Below, piece after piece: positions 46,962 through 59,043 of a stretch of 64,000 nucleotides of DNA. The first letter of the stretch is position 1, and each line of letters begins with the position of its first letter. The notes under the pieces are model-generated. The model saw only the letters and a list, made by a program, of their open reading frames with translations. It did not search any database and had not been told where the DNA came from. The stretch comes from Ministeria vibrans ATCC 50519 (Eukaryota; Protista; Filasterea). The position numbers and the translations under genes are program-made. The DNA lies in contig CALSCP010002121.1 of NCBI GenBank assembly GCA_943704425.1, positions 106,624 to 170,623 on the forward strand. The letters run 5' to 3'.

Positions 46962-48485
46962 ATGAACCAGAGACGTAGGACGAATTGGGTCGAGAGTGAC
47001 GACGAGATGGAAACGCCGGTGGCGTCGCGAGCGTTGGCGGAGACGGTCGCGGCGCAAGAATGGCCGCGGTCGCTCTTTCTGCGCAACTGGGCCGCCTTCT
47101 TCCTGCTGGGCACCATCAACAACCTGGCGTATGTGGTGGTGAATTCGAGTGCCGAGTCGCTGTCCGACTCGTTCTTCGCTTCGAACCTTCTCGGACTCAT
47201 TCCGTGGGCCAACGTCGGCTTTGGCTTTGTCGCGCGCGCAGTCGCGACTGGATTACGCGACGTGGCCCCTTACCCTGTGCGTTTCTTCATGACTGGATCC
47301 ATTCTCCTCGTGGGTCTGCTCATGCTGTCGTTTGCGCCCTCTTTCGGCCTGGTCATCGCTTCCATTGTTGTCTGTGGCTTTTCGTCCAGCTTCGGCGAGT
47401 CCGTCACCCTCGGCTACTTGCGCCTGTTTCCTCCCGAGCTCGTGAATGCCTGGTCAAGTGGCACGGGAATGGCCGGTGTTGCCGGTAGTGCTCTGTATCT
47501 TCTTCTTTCTGGTATGGGCATGACCAATCGTCAGGTGTTTCTCTTCTCATTGCCCAGCGTCGCGCTCTACTGGTTGACATACGTTGTCATTGTCAAGCGG
47601 TCAGATGGCAGTGAAATTCGCGCGGAGACCGATGAACGGGAAGCATTACTGGATCGTGCTGCTATCGACGCGGTTGTACAGGCGGATGACGACGCCAACG
47701 GTAGTCAAGAGGACGACTCCGTGTCTCAGGCGCCCTCGATGACCACGACGCTAGCCAAAGCGACCAAGTTTCCAACCGAATCGTCCTTTAAGCGCTACAT
47801 GCGTTGTACACGCCTTGTCCTTGGTGTATCATGTCAGCTTGCCGCAGTGTACTTCTTCGAGTATGTCATTTCATCAGGATTGAGTGCGAAGGTGAGAAGA
47901 AAAGGATTCTATTGTTACAAACATATACACTTTCACCTGTTCCCTCACTTACACACACACACGCACGCACGCACACACTTACCTTTAATATAGGTGTTGA
48001 CTGCACAACAGCAACAGAGCAAATCATACGTATATGTACATGCGTATGCGCTGCTATCTTTCTGCTACCAGGCAGGCGTCTTTGTATCACGCTCATCCCT
48101 TCAACTGCTCCACATCCACCGCATCTCCATTCTGACGCTTCTCCAAGCAGCCAATTTTGTTCTTTGGATGGTCGACGCTCACTACCGCTTTCTGCCTATT
48201 GGCGCACTTCTTCCCCTCATGGTCTTTGTGGGGCTCTTGGGCGGTGCAATGTATGTCAACGTCTTCTATCTTGTCCTTAACGACCCAGTACGAATCATTT
48301 TGTTATTCTTTTCCTGCTCTTCTCTCTCCTCGTCTTCTTCACCTCAACAATATGTCTCTGTCACGCAGGATATTGCCAATGAAGACCGTGAGTTATGCAT
48401 CAACATTGTTGCGTTTGCCATCACCATTGGCATTACCCTTGGCTGTGCTGCAATCCTTCTGTTCGACAACACCTTCCTCAAGTAA
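46962..48485 (+). CDS. CLN3: Battenin / CLN3 (Btn1) lysosomal membrane protein
   Basis: Motifs FFLLGTINN, SSFGESVTL, WSSGTGMAG, VYFFEYVI, YQAGVFVSRSS, GLLGGAMYVN and EDRELC. Confidence 0.93.
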
Positions 48486-48681
48486 CTCTACCGTATTAAT
48501 AATCATTATAATACTATAGCAATACAGCTTTAATACAGCTACGACTCGTGTACATTAGTCTTTTTGTTACAGAACTGTTCATAGTCGCCAAGCACAATCG
48601 CATTCTAAAAGAACGTTAGAGAAAAAATGTGTGAGAGAGAGAGGATATTGTACGAAAAAGAACAACAGAAAGTGATGCAAC

Positions 48682-48777
48682 TCAGATTGGAAGCGTCAAC
48701 ACAAATCCCACTCGGTAAAGAGGGGACTTTATGACATATGCTTGTCATTTTGTGCCCTCACTCGAGCAACTCATCAT
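48682..48777 (-). ncRNA. Intronic box C/D snoRNA, SNORD27/snR74-like (copy C, diverged)
   Basis: Box C ATGATGA (48777-48771), guide GACAAGCATATG antisense to the 18S rRNA 5' sequence CAUAUGCUUGUC, box D CTGA (48685-48682). Lies in intron 48818-48605. Confidence 0.8.
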
Positions 48778-48938
48778 AGTCTAGTAGACTGTGGTTGCAA
48801 AGTCGATCGACAAAGTACCTTGAAATAAACTTGCAGCGCATTCAAAAAGTACGCACGCATTCTCATCTAAGAAAGCCATACAAAGTTAGAACGAAGAAAC
48901 AAAGAGAGAGACTCAAACAGAACAAATAAACATTTAAT

Positions 48939-49029
48939 TCAGATTGGAAGCATCAACAGAGACTCTGCATACACAGAACCTTATGACATATGCTTGTCAT
49001 TTTGTGCCCTCACTCGAGCAACTCATCAT
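48939..49029 (-). ncRNA. Intronic box C/D snoRNA, SNORD27/snR74-like (copy B)
   Basis: Same boxes and guide as copy C. Lies in intron 49076-48867. Confidence 0.82.
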
Positions 49030-49127
49030 AATAACAGCCTAGTACGCAACGGCTGCAAAGTCGATCGACAAAGTACCTTGAAATAAACTTGCAGCGCATT
49101 CAAAAGTATAAAAGTACGCACGCATTC

Positions 49128-52100
49128 TCATCTAAGAAAGCCATACAAAGTTAGAACGAAGAAACAAAGAGAGAGACTCAAACAAAACAAATAATCGTTT
49201 AATTCAGATTGGAAGCATCAACAGAGACTCTGCATACACAGAACCTTATGACATATGCTTGTCATTTTGTGCCCTCACTCGAGCAACTCATCATAATAAC
49301 GCGCACAGAGAAGACAGAGAAGAGAAAAAGCGAGACAAAAAATAATTGCTTACTCGGAGTGGAAAAGAGCAGAAATGGTGCGCACAAGCTGAGCACGCTT
49401 GTGTGCAATGACGTGGGCGCGGAGGACCGCATTGTTACACTCGTTGAGGTCCTTATCACCGAGCGTCTTGACCAGATGGGCGCCAATGTAGCGAAGATGA
49501 TGCGACAACTGGGTATGCTTGTGTTTGGTGTCGTGGCGCACAAGGGCACTCGAGAGATACTCGAGCATGGGAAGATCGTACATGAAAGAAGATACAATGT
49601 GCGTGACGGCACTTGAATTGTTGAAGGCATTCGAGGCGTGCAGTGAGGCGGGGAGCGCAGATGATGGCGACGGGTCAACATACACTTGGCAGAGACGCAA
49701 CATGGCCGACGAGAGAATGCGAAAGGCAAGGGTGTAGTCGGGCGAGGGCAGCAGCTGACAGGTGGCCACGGCAAGCATGTGGGCACCTTTAGTTTGCAAA
49801 CAGCGCACCAGTCGACGCACAACCAGTGTGTCGAATGCGACGGTCGGCACAGGTGCGCCATTCTGTGCAGGGGTGTTCGAGGCAAAGGTAGAGGCGGCGA
49901 CCGCAACACTTTTGTCGGACCACACTGACATGGATAAGACGGCACTGTAATGACGGGCGGCGTCGTAGTATTCACGCGCCTGGAAGCGCCTGTGTCCCGC
50001 ACGCACACGCCACTCGGCCTGGTGCGGCCACAGATCGCTCCAAGCACGCTCCAACAGCTTGTCACATAGTTGAGCACAAGCAGGTACCAGAGGTGCCGGC
50101 ACCACGGTAGAGTTGGGCTCAACGGCGGTGTCGCTTGCAGTTGGCTCCTTTGACTCGGCCGCCGGATAGCGGTGGTTTTCAATGTCACCGCTTGTTCCAC
50201 TGGCGGGAGCCTTGGCGACTGCGAGAACAAGGCACGAGCACAACGACGCAATACAATCGGGATTGTTGAGGCCTTCAAGGCAGAGGAGTGCAGCACGCGA
50301 CACACCACACATGCCAGTGTGCAACGTTGTCGAGGCGGCCGCACCCAAAGCATCCGACGCAGACGATTCTTCGCCCGCGGCGGCTGCGCGTCCACGACGC
50401 CGTGATTCGGTCTTGTTGTGCACACCATAGAAGAGTTGGGCGACGACTGCGTGTGCCACTCGCACCGGAGGCAACACCGATGTGGTGGTGACGACTGCGG
50501 AGCCGGTGTGGATCATAGGCACAAGCGCATTGCACAAGCTTGCCATTCCACCGTCATTTGAGCACCTAGTAAAACAAAGAAAAAGCAAAAGAAAATAATT
50601 AGTATTGAAAATATTCAAGTTTTTTTTTTTTTTTTTTTTTTTGTTACGTTCGATGTGCGTGAGCAAAAACACGCGCAAGAGCACAGACGTTCTTGTAAAG
50701 TTGTCCATGTTCACTGCGAAACAGACCTTCGTTAAGAAGACGAAGCATGATAGAGTCACAGAGGTGAACGTCAGGGACGATGGCGACGCCCGGCAATGAG
50801 TTGAGCAGGCGAGGGAGATCGTCTGATGAAGCAACGGCAATTTCGTGAAAGGACACGAGCAAACGGTAGAGGTCACGTTGAGGATGTTGTTGAGTTGTTT
50901 CGCCCTGCAAATCGGATAGGATACGACGGGCGGCTACAGTGAAACGAGAGCATCGCCAGACGCGCGACAGACGGAGAAGACAGAGTAAGACGCGCTGCCA
51001 AGGTTGAGACACGTCCAGTAGCAGGGGAATCCAGCTGTGAGCTGGCGGTGGATTCGACGCATCTGCAGTTCCATCTACGTTTGTGGCGACGGCCGCTTGA
51101 TTTTCATACAACACAGCGAGTTCAACACCTGGAACGACGGAATCGCCTGCTACGCGATCACCGGCAAGCAAGGAACGCGCGGCATGAATAACTTGAGCGG
51201 GGTCACGCTCAGTCTGAAGCGTGTGCAGACAAGCGGCAACCGTAGTGCATGGATCGCTGTTGGTCGGGGATGTCGAGTGAGAGGCAATGTCGTGGATGGG
51301 AACGTCGCCAGAGGACGAACTGGCTGCCAGACAATGGATTGCAAGGCGCAGTTCGGGGGTGTCGATACGCTCGACAATGCGTTGTGACCAAAGACGAAGA
51401 CGCTCCATAACGGTTGGACGAAAGAAGATAGGAGCGGCAGAGAGTGAAGTGACGTGACGGGAAAGCGAATCGGCAAGGGTATCGAGTGCTTCGGCGGGGT
51501 GACGGCGAAGTGCGGAGCAAGCCAAGTCGGCAGCGTTGACGGGAGCACCTTGCATTGCTACGAGAATGCTGTTAAGCGCAATAAGTTGCGATGCAAGAGC
51601 AACGGTGAGGCCAAGGTCGTGCGGCACGGCCTGCCGGTAGGGCAGGGAGAGGGAGGAAGATGGATGAAAGGGATTTTCTAAAAGTGCCAGCGAGTAAGAG
51701 GAGAGTCTGATGGCGGTGTCCTCGAAGAAAAGCTCGCACAGCTTCGGGGAGTGTGCCGCTACGAGGTGTTGACACAGTTCCATCGGACTTGCATCACCCG
51801 AGGCGACACCTGGCTGTGGAGTCGTATTGGCAAGGGCATGGCATGCGCGGGTGTAGCCGGCGAGCACATCGCTACTTTCGTCGGACGCGTCACAATCATG
51901 AGCAAGTGCAAACCAAGACAAGGCGGAGGCGTGATCACCGCGCAAAAAGAGTAGCTGAGCAACGTCAATGATAGCCTGGCGGCGCAATGGAGGGGGTAAT
52001 TGTTGTGAGGAACGGGCGTGGTCGGTGACAAACGCGAGGCTCTCGGCGTCGTCGGCAGGAACAGTGAGGCGCGTCAGAAAAGCACGATCGGCGCGTGTTG

Positions 52101-52999
52101 ACACTGAAGGGAGTTCGCTCGAGTCGCTCGCGCCTCCCGTTGTGTTATTTGCAGTGGCTGTCGTCGGTGAAGTCGACTGGAGATCAGCAAGTTCTGCAAC
52201 GAGTTCGGGCAACGAGTGACCACGTTGCGGCAGGCGCACGATCCACAGATGACGACGCAGCAAGTCAAGAAGACGAGTGCTAGGCGAAGTCTGAGGAGGA
52301 CTTGGGACATGCGCGGCCACCATGCTGTCGACGAGAATCCACTGATTGACCAGGTCAAAGTCACTCTCGATGACTTCCAAGGGAATCTCGAGTTGACGCA
52401 CAACACGATGAGCTTTGCACAGTAAATCCATGGCGAGTCGTTCCTGGTCGGGTCGCATGGAGCGCTGCTGCGATGAGATGACGGTGGTGGCCATTGAGAC
52501 GGTGCGGTGGAACGCAGGAGGCCCCACTTCGTTCATGGAGTCGTCGTCAACGTCAAAGAAGCGCGATGCGTGCAGCGTGGGCGGCGCAGGCGACACAGAT
52601 CCCGACGACCCACTGTCGCTTGTGCTTGAGTCTGTGTCGTCGGCGGTCGCAGCAGGGAGAGATGCATTGGCGTCGCTATCGCCATCTTGCGAGGAATCCT
52701 GCAAGTCATAGGAACAAAGAAAAAAAAAATATGAAGACCAAAAAAAGAAAAAAAAAGAGGAAAAAAAAAAGGTTTGAGGGGATGGGATGAAGGTTGATGG
52801 GTAGGAGGGGGGCGACGAGGGAACGATGGTAGCGGACTCGTACGACGCTTCTCATGATCTTGGTTGCTTTTTCGAGAAGCGCGCGAAGGAGGGCGCGCGA
52901 TTCGGATTTCGCATGGGACGGCGACGGATCGGTGCGTATTGCAGTGATTTCCTCATCGAGTTTGTTCGGAAAGAGAACAAACTCGAGGAAATCAGGCAT
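49128..52999 (-). CDS. INTS8: Integrator complex subunit 8-like
   Basis: N-terminal FLEFVL resembles WFEFLL. The C-terminal AVATCQLL...DY..AF, MYDLPMLEYL and DLNECN pattern fits INTS8. The protein ends FHSE* whether or not the intron at 49353 is spliced (stop at 49128-49130 or 49350-49352). Confidence 0.75.
49204..49294 (-). ncRNA. Intronic box C/D snoRNA, SNORD27/snR74-like (copy A)
   Basis: Same boxes and guide as copies B and C. Lies in intron 49353-49132. Confidence 0.82.
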
Positions 53000-53094
53000 A
53001 TGGTATCGAGTTGAAATAAAATAATAAGCTGATTGATCATTGAATTGAATTCATGTGCTGTGAATTGTCTCATATTTTGTTGACCTTTGCCAAC

Positions 53095-54199
53095 ATGAAT
53101 CATTCATGCAGAAAGTGTGGAGCCAAACCGAAAGTTTTGCATCTGTGTGGTAACTGTGAGGCGGTTATGTACTGCGACGAAAAGTGTCAGCGGGCGGACT
53201 GGGCGAACCACCGGGGGCCGTGCAAAGCAAGGGTGGCGGCAGTGAAGGAGGCAAAGCGGACTGAGCTCAATACTCAGCGAGTACTGGATCATTACCGCCA
53301 GGCTCCCGAAGAGTTTGACAAAATGGTGCCTGCCTCGTGGAAGATGGCGGAGAGCGACGACGAGGATGACGACGAGGATGCAAGTGGCGTAAAACAGTCA
53401 GTGTCGGCCGAGACGAAGCAACCGTTGCACATCGAGGTGGAGTCGCAAGGAGAGGGCGACGCACACGCACATGCACACGCAACGGAGGAGGTGGATCGAC
53501 CACGGATGTCGCTGTATCGTCTTGAAACACCCTCCGTGTTTGTGTCGCGTATTCATGCGAGTCCGACCGAGACGCTTTCCGACTCGTTTACCGCAGTCGA
53601 AGGCGGCAGTAAGCCAGCCAAAGTAGCATCGACTCGGCCCGACAAGTTGCGAGTGTCTGTGTTCATGCCAAAGACACGCGGTGCGTCGTGTGTTCACAAC
53701 GTGTACATTCGCGACGAGCGTCGTCTGACGGTCGAGGCAAATGGCTACCTGCTCGAGGAGTACACGCTGCCTTACGACGTGGAAAGCAGCACGATGGGGT
53801 TGAAGTATGTTAAGGACAAGCACAAGCTTGTGGTTGAACTGAAGGTGTGTCAACCCGACGTGGCGATGGAGACGGGGATAGCGCCGATGCACGTGGAGGA
53901 CAACGCGGATGGGGGCAACGGGACGTGTGATGAGAGTTGTGACAAGGAAGATGTGGAATTGGTAGAAGAAGAGGCAGTGAAGAGTTTGACGAAGAAGGCG
54001 CTGACGAGTGAGGCGATTGTTCCGGCGTTTGAGTTGGGTCAAACGAACGACATGTTGACCATTGTCATTTGTGTGAGTGCGATTCATGCAGCGTCTGTGA
54101 CTGCTGTTGTCATGGGACAGGCAAGAAGAGAGAGAAAGTGTGTGTGTGTTAGTGTGAGTGTTAGTGTTAGTGTTAGTGAGTGAGTGTTAGTGTTAGTGA

Positions 54200-54271
<72 letters not shown>

Positions 54272-54273
54272 CT

Positions 54274-54339
<66 letters not shown>

Positions 54340-55000
54340 TTATTGACATGTGCACAATTAGACGTGTCGATTGGCCATGTCGGACAGCGAGGGCCAGTTG
54401 TATGCCATGGGCGTGCGAGTGGACGATGCAGAGAGCAAAGTGACAATGTCACAAGCAACGGTGGATGTGAGTGCTCTCAACTGTGTGGTGAGTGTGTTGA
54501 AAGAGGGAGGCAGCGCACTGTGGCACTCGGTTGTGGTCGAGGGGCTTGGCGGGCAGGAGAGGGCTCGGCGGTTTGCTTTTGTGCATGACGGGGATGCAGC
54601 TGTGGAGGTGGGCGATGACGGAGGGCCACCGGTGCAAGCGGATGGTCCGACTGAGGACAAGTGGGTATGAGAAGGGCAGAATTGGGATGTATTTTTTTTT
54701 TTGGTTTTTTTGTCATATTATTATTATTATTATTATTATTTTATTTTTATTTCTATTGGTGTACAGGAGGCAAAGGGGTGCGAGACGCGTGCAAGTGCGA
54801 CGCGATTGATGCGAGACGGGACAGCAGAAGTAGCCGTGGAGACGACAATGCCAAAGGAAGCGCAAGTAGAAGAGGTGACCAAGAGAGGGACAGAAGCAAA
54901 GGAAGGAATAGCATCGACGACAAGTGTCAGTGAGGCAGTGAATATGGGCCTGGCTACGCTGGAGCTTGGAAGCGAGTCGTTGGTGTTAGAATTGGAGTGA
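53095..55000 (+). CDS. MYND zinc finger plus two CS-like domains (Kintoun/DNAAF2-like C-terminal half)
   Basis: MYND finger CRKC...CGNC...YCDEKCQRADW..HRGPC. CS-like PDKLRVSVFMP...LPYDV...KLVVELKV and PAFELGQT..MLTIVI. C-terminal SLVLELE. Confidence 0.7.
54205..54337. repeat. Intronic (TG)n microsatellite
   Basis: Visible directly. Confidence 0.97.
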
Positions 55001-55044
55001 TGAAAATAAAAAGTGTAGTGTACGATGCGAGTTGATAATTTTTT

Positions 55045-55890
55045 TTATTCTGCGGCTGAGCCGGCAACACGTGTACCATTGACAAAGACATGCTGGATGT
55101 TACGGTCGTCGCCAAGATAAAGGAAGCGAGAAAGGAGGGTCTCGGGACTATCAAGTGGTGTCGTGTCGATGAGACCGCAGTCGACGCGCACGACGAGCGC
55201 GTCAAAGCACTTGCCGACCTCAAAGTTGCCCGTCTGCTCGTGCAGCCGCAGGGCCTCTGCACCCGCCAGCGTTGCCAGATAGAATGCCTCGTGTGTATCG
55301 ACAAACGCATCGCGCGTCTTCTCCTGAATCACCAGCGTCTTGGCGGCCGTGACAGCGGAGCGTAGTGCATCGAGTACACTAGGACTGGAACCGCCCGAGA
55401 CGTCAGTGCCCAGCGCGACGGTGAGACCTGCCTTGCGTAGATGACGCACGCGACAAACGCCCGACATGAGGTTGTAGTTACTGTTGGCACAGTGCGCCAC
55501 CGCAACGGAGCGCGTGTTCAACAGCGTCGTCTCGCTCTCGCCAAGATGGATGCAGTGAGCCATCACAGTCTTGTTCGTCAACAGCCCTACATATTTTATA
55601 TCGACAAGTGAATGCAATTTGAGAGGTCAAAGATGCACACATGCATGACATCACTACGTCTTTTTACCAAAGTCGTCGTACACCTGTGAGTACGTCTTGC
55701 CGGGGTACCTTCCTTCCACTGCACTGATTTCGCCAAGATTTTCCGACAGGTGACTCTGGACGTGACAGTCATACCTAGCAAAAACATATGAAGTTATTAA
55801 TTAGAAGAAGAAGAAGAATACAACCCATTTAAAGTTAATAATTATGATAATTATGATTAATAGCAATCATTAATAATAATAATAATAATA

Positions 55891-55923
<33 letters not shown>

Positions 55924-56759
55924 ATTATTAGTATTGCATTATTAATGATCTCCAGTCGCTTTGAATTTTCCTCACCAAGTTCCGACTCTCTCACGATTTG
56001 TGTGTTTTCCATTACCTTCTTGCCAGGTTGCCGAGTTCACCAAGGAGCTTGTCGGAACAGGAGAGGACAAAGCGCGGGGTGATGACCGGGTGGAGCAAAG
56101 GAGAATTCTGGGCACGAGCCCACTCGATGAAGGTGCAGGTGTCACGCACGGCCACCTCGGTGGTCTGCGATAGATCATTGGGCGACTCGTGGTCCATGCA
56201 GACAAGGCCCACGAGAGCACGCTGGCCCAGATTCATGGTGGTCTCCGCGAGAATCTGAGTCGCGCGCAGATGAACCGTGGCAAAGTATTGTGCGGTGGTG
56301 GTGCCGCAGGAGAGCGTCCGTCGCACACACCGGCCGTATTGCTCGCGAGCAAACGACTCGTCGGAATAGCGAGCCTCGGTCGGGAAGGTGAGGGTGCGCA
56401 GCCAGTCGAGCAGCTCCATGTCCACGCCCTGTGCGTAGTTGGGATACTGCGGGGCGTGGATGTGCGTGTCGACCAGGCCGGGCAGAAGCAGCTCGGTTGG
56501 GCCAAGCTGGTGGTGCTGGCACTCATCCGACAGGGCACCGTTGCGCTCGACAAACTCATTGATGACGCTCTCGTCGCCGCAGAACGCAATCTTGCAAAGG
56601 ATGGACAAGCGACGGTCAGAGTGTTTCGCATTCCGAGCGAATGCGCACCTTTCCGTTGGCATCCACCCCGAGCGCTCCTTTGGGGAAGATCTGAAGTGCA
56701 CCTGAAGCGGTGCTATGGGCAATGATGCCTCGAAACAGACGAACAACTGGCATTGACAT
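55045..56759 (-). CDS. GDA: Guanine deaminase
   Basis: Motifs PGLVDTHIHAPQY, LLDWL..TFPTE, GTTTAQYFATVH, ITPRFVLSC, MAHCIHL, ALGTDVSGG and GDDRNI. Confidence 0.95.
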
Positions 56760-56976
56760 CAAAAAAAAAGGGAAACTGTAAAAAAAAATTAAAAAAGACA
56801 AAAACTCTCAAAAGTTTAGTCAATATCAGTCATGAGTGTGCAGAGTCAAGAGTGTGATCAATGATAATCTTTTTTTCTCAATTCTCATTTCTCACAGGGT
56901 TGTTTACTTTCCTGTCGGGATTCCAGGTGGTTATCGGACACCGCAATTGAACTTAACGGAATTCTTCTTGTTCATC

Positions 56977-57130
56977 ATGTCGAACGAGACCAACAAGAAA
57001 ACTGGCTCGCTGTTCGGCAAGATTGTGTATGGTGGGGCTGCAGGACTAATTGGTGCAACCTTAATAATGCCCTTGGTATGTTTCTCTTCTGGTTTACTCA
57101 AAAATGTAGTGAACTTCGACTGACACTGTC

Positions 57131-57165
<35 letters not shown>

Positions 57166-58104
57166 CTAAATGTTCTGATCCCACGCGCAGGACACAATCA
57201 AAACACGATTGATGGCCACCACTGGGCAAAAGATGTCTCCGAGTGGTGTGGTTCTTCAAATCGTCCGTAAAGAAGGCTTGCTGGCATTCTACACGGGACT
57301 CCGGTACGACAACGCTCGACTGGGCGCAATCGACTGTAGTGCGTGTCGCTGACAAGCCACTCATTGTGATCCATCGCAGACCCTACCTCATTGGCGTTGT
57401 ACCCGAGAAGGCTCTCAAACTCGTGGTGAATGATACGGCACGAGAGTACTTCACAGCGAGCAACGGAGGCGGGAGCATCACTCTAGCGCAGGAAATTGCG
57501 TCGGGTGCATTGGCCGGCTTTTGCCAGGTGGTCGCGACAGCGCCAATGGAGCGAACCAAGATTCAGATGCAGGTAATGCATCGCCTTTTGAACGTTGAGG
57601 TGGACCCGTCGGGCTGAATCAATTTCCTCTTTTGTACAGATCAACGAGCAGAAGCAGCGCAAAGTACCGCTGACGCAAGTAGTGAAGGAACTTGGTTTGC
57701 GCGGCTGCTACCGCGGTACAGTGGCCACGTGGGCACGTGATGTGCCCTTTTCGTTGCTGTACTTTCCACTCTACGCTAACGTGGAACGATACCTGTCGAG
57801 CAAGACGGACCAGCGCTTCACTGCAGTCCTCGTCAGTGCGATGGGTGCAGGGGCTGTGGCAGCGTTTCTGAGCACGCCCATGGATGTCATCAAGACGCGA
57901 GTGCAGGCGCAGCGCAGCACTGACATGTCTGCGCCCGTCCTGCGTTGGGTACCTACAGCTCTGCGCACTGTGCGCGAAGAGGGTCCCGCTGCGCTCTTCC
58001 GCGGCGCCCTTCCACGCGTCTTTGTCATTGCTCCGCTTTTTGGCGTCGCACTCTCCGTGTACGAATTCAAGAGTGCCATGGAGTCGCAAGGCTACGTTAT
58101 CTGA
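56977..58104 (+). CDS. Mitochondrial carrier, glutamate carrier (SLC25A22/GC1)-like
   Basis: Carrier signatures PLDTIKTRL, PMERTKIQMQ and PMDVIKTRVQ, plus PEKALKLVVND, RDVPFS and IAPLFGVA. Confidence 0.85.
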
Positions 58105-58211
58105 ACAGATGTGTAACACTAATTATTACTAATAATAATCAACGACAGTTCGTCCAGAAATTGGAAAATGGAAAAGAGGAGACATTGTTCACAAAGAAAC
58201 ACCAGCCAAAC

Positions 58212-59043
58212 TTAAAGCTCGTCCTTGCTGTAGTACTTCTGGGCGTTCTCCATTGCCTTGACCACCTGAGACGGACCACCATAGAAGTACTTGAACTTGT
58301 CGTTGCTAATTAAACAGGAATGCATTTAGAAATTAGAAGATCACAACCAAACAAGGGGATATGAATGTAAAACTCACCCGCCCACGTTGTACAGACCGGC
58401 GTTGACGTTGCCGTCGGGGCCAATAAAGAAAATGCGGGGAATGTAGGTGCCGTCTACAGACACGATCAGGGGGAAATCTTGGACAATGGATCGAGAGTCG
58501 TACCAGGACCATACTGAGCATCTTTGGGCTCCTCGTCGTCGTGCACGTTGATCATGACAAAGTTTTTAGCGTTGTTCTAAAGACGAGGGTGCCAAAAAAA
58601 AATATGACGAAAAGAAGGATTGGGGAATCATGATTCGTAGGAAAACCTTGATGCCGTCAGCCACGCTAAAGTTGGGCCCAAGACGCTTGCAGGCACCGCA
58701 CCAAGACTTGTGAACAACCATCATGCCAGGCTTGCCGGTTGCCTTGACCTGATAGGACAAGAGTGTTAGAGAGAGAGTGAGTCAGACCGTTGCGAGGAAA
58801 AAGTGGTGAAATCCAAAAGAGAGAGACACACAGAGAGGAACACGCAGCACAAGGGAAGGCACACAGGACGGGAGATGGCGTGTGCGCCGATGCAAGGGCA
58901 CATTTGCAATGTAAAAGGAGCCAAACCTCAGCGAGTCCTTCTTCCAGCTTGAACCAGTCGTACTCGTCGCCGAAACCACGGCCAAGTTCGTTGGCAAGGC
59001 ACGATGCGACGGAGAATGCAGCAAGAACAACAAAAAGCTTCAT
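58212..59043 (-). CDS. TXNDC12: ER thioredoxin-domain protein ERp18/TXNDC12
   Basis: Signal peptide, GRGFGD..DW, HKSWCGACK active site, YIPRIFF and C-terminal KDEL. Confidence 0.92.

Larger units (their letters stand above)
48682..49298. repeat. Tandem direct repeat, unit ~257-265 bp (intron plus short exon)
   Basis: tcagattggaagc recurs at 48682, 48939 and 49204, with near-identical flanking sequence. Confidence 0.95.

Noticed and set aside
48682-49298. CRISPR array or transposon reading of the tandem repeat
   Set aside because: The units are ~260 bp with no unique spacers, cas genes or terminal inverted repeats. Intron and snoRNA signals explain them.
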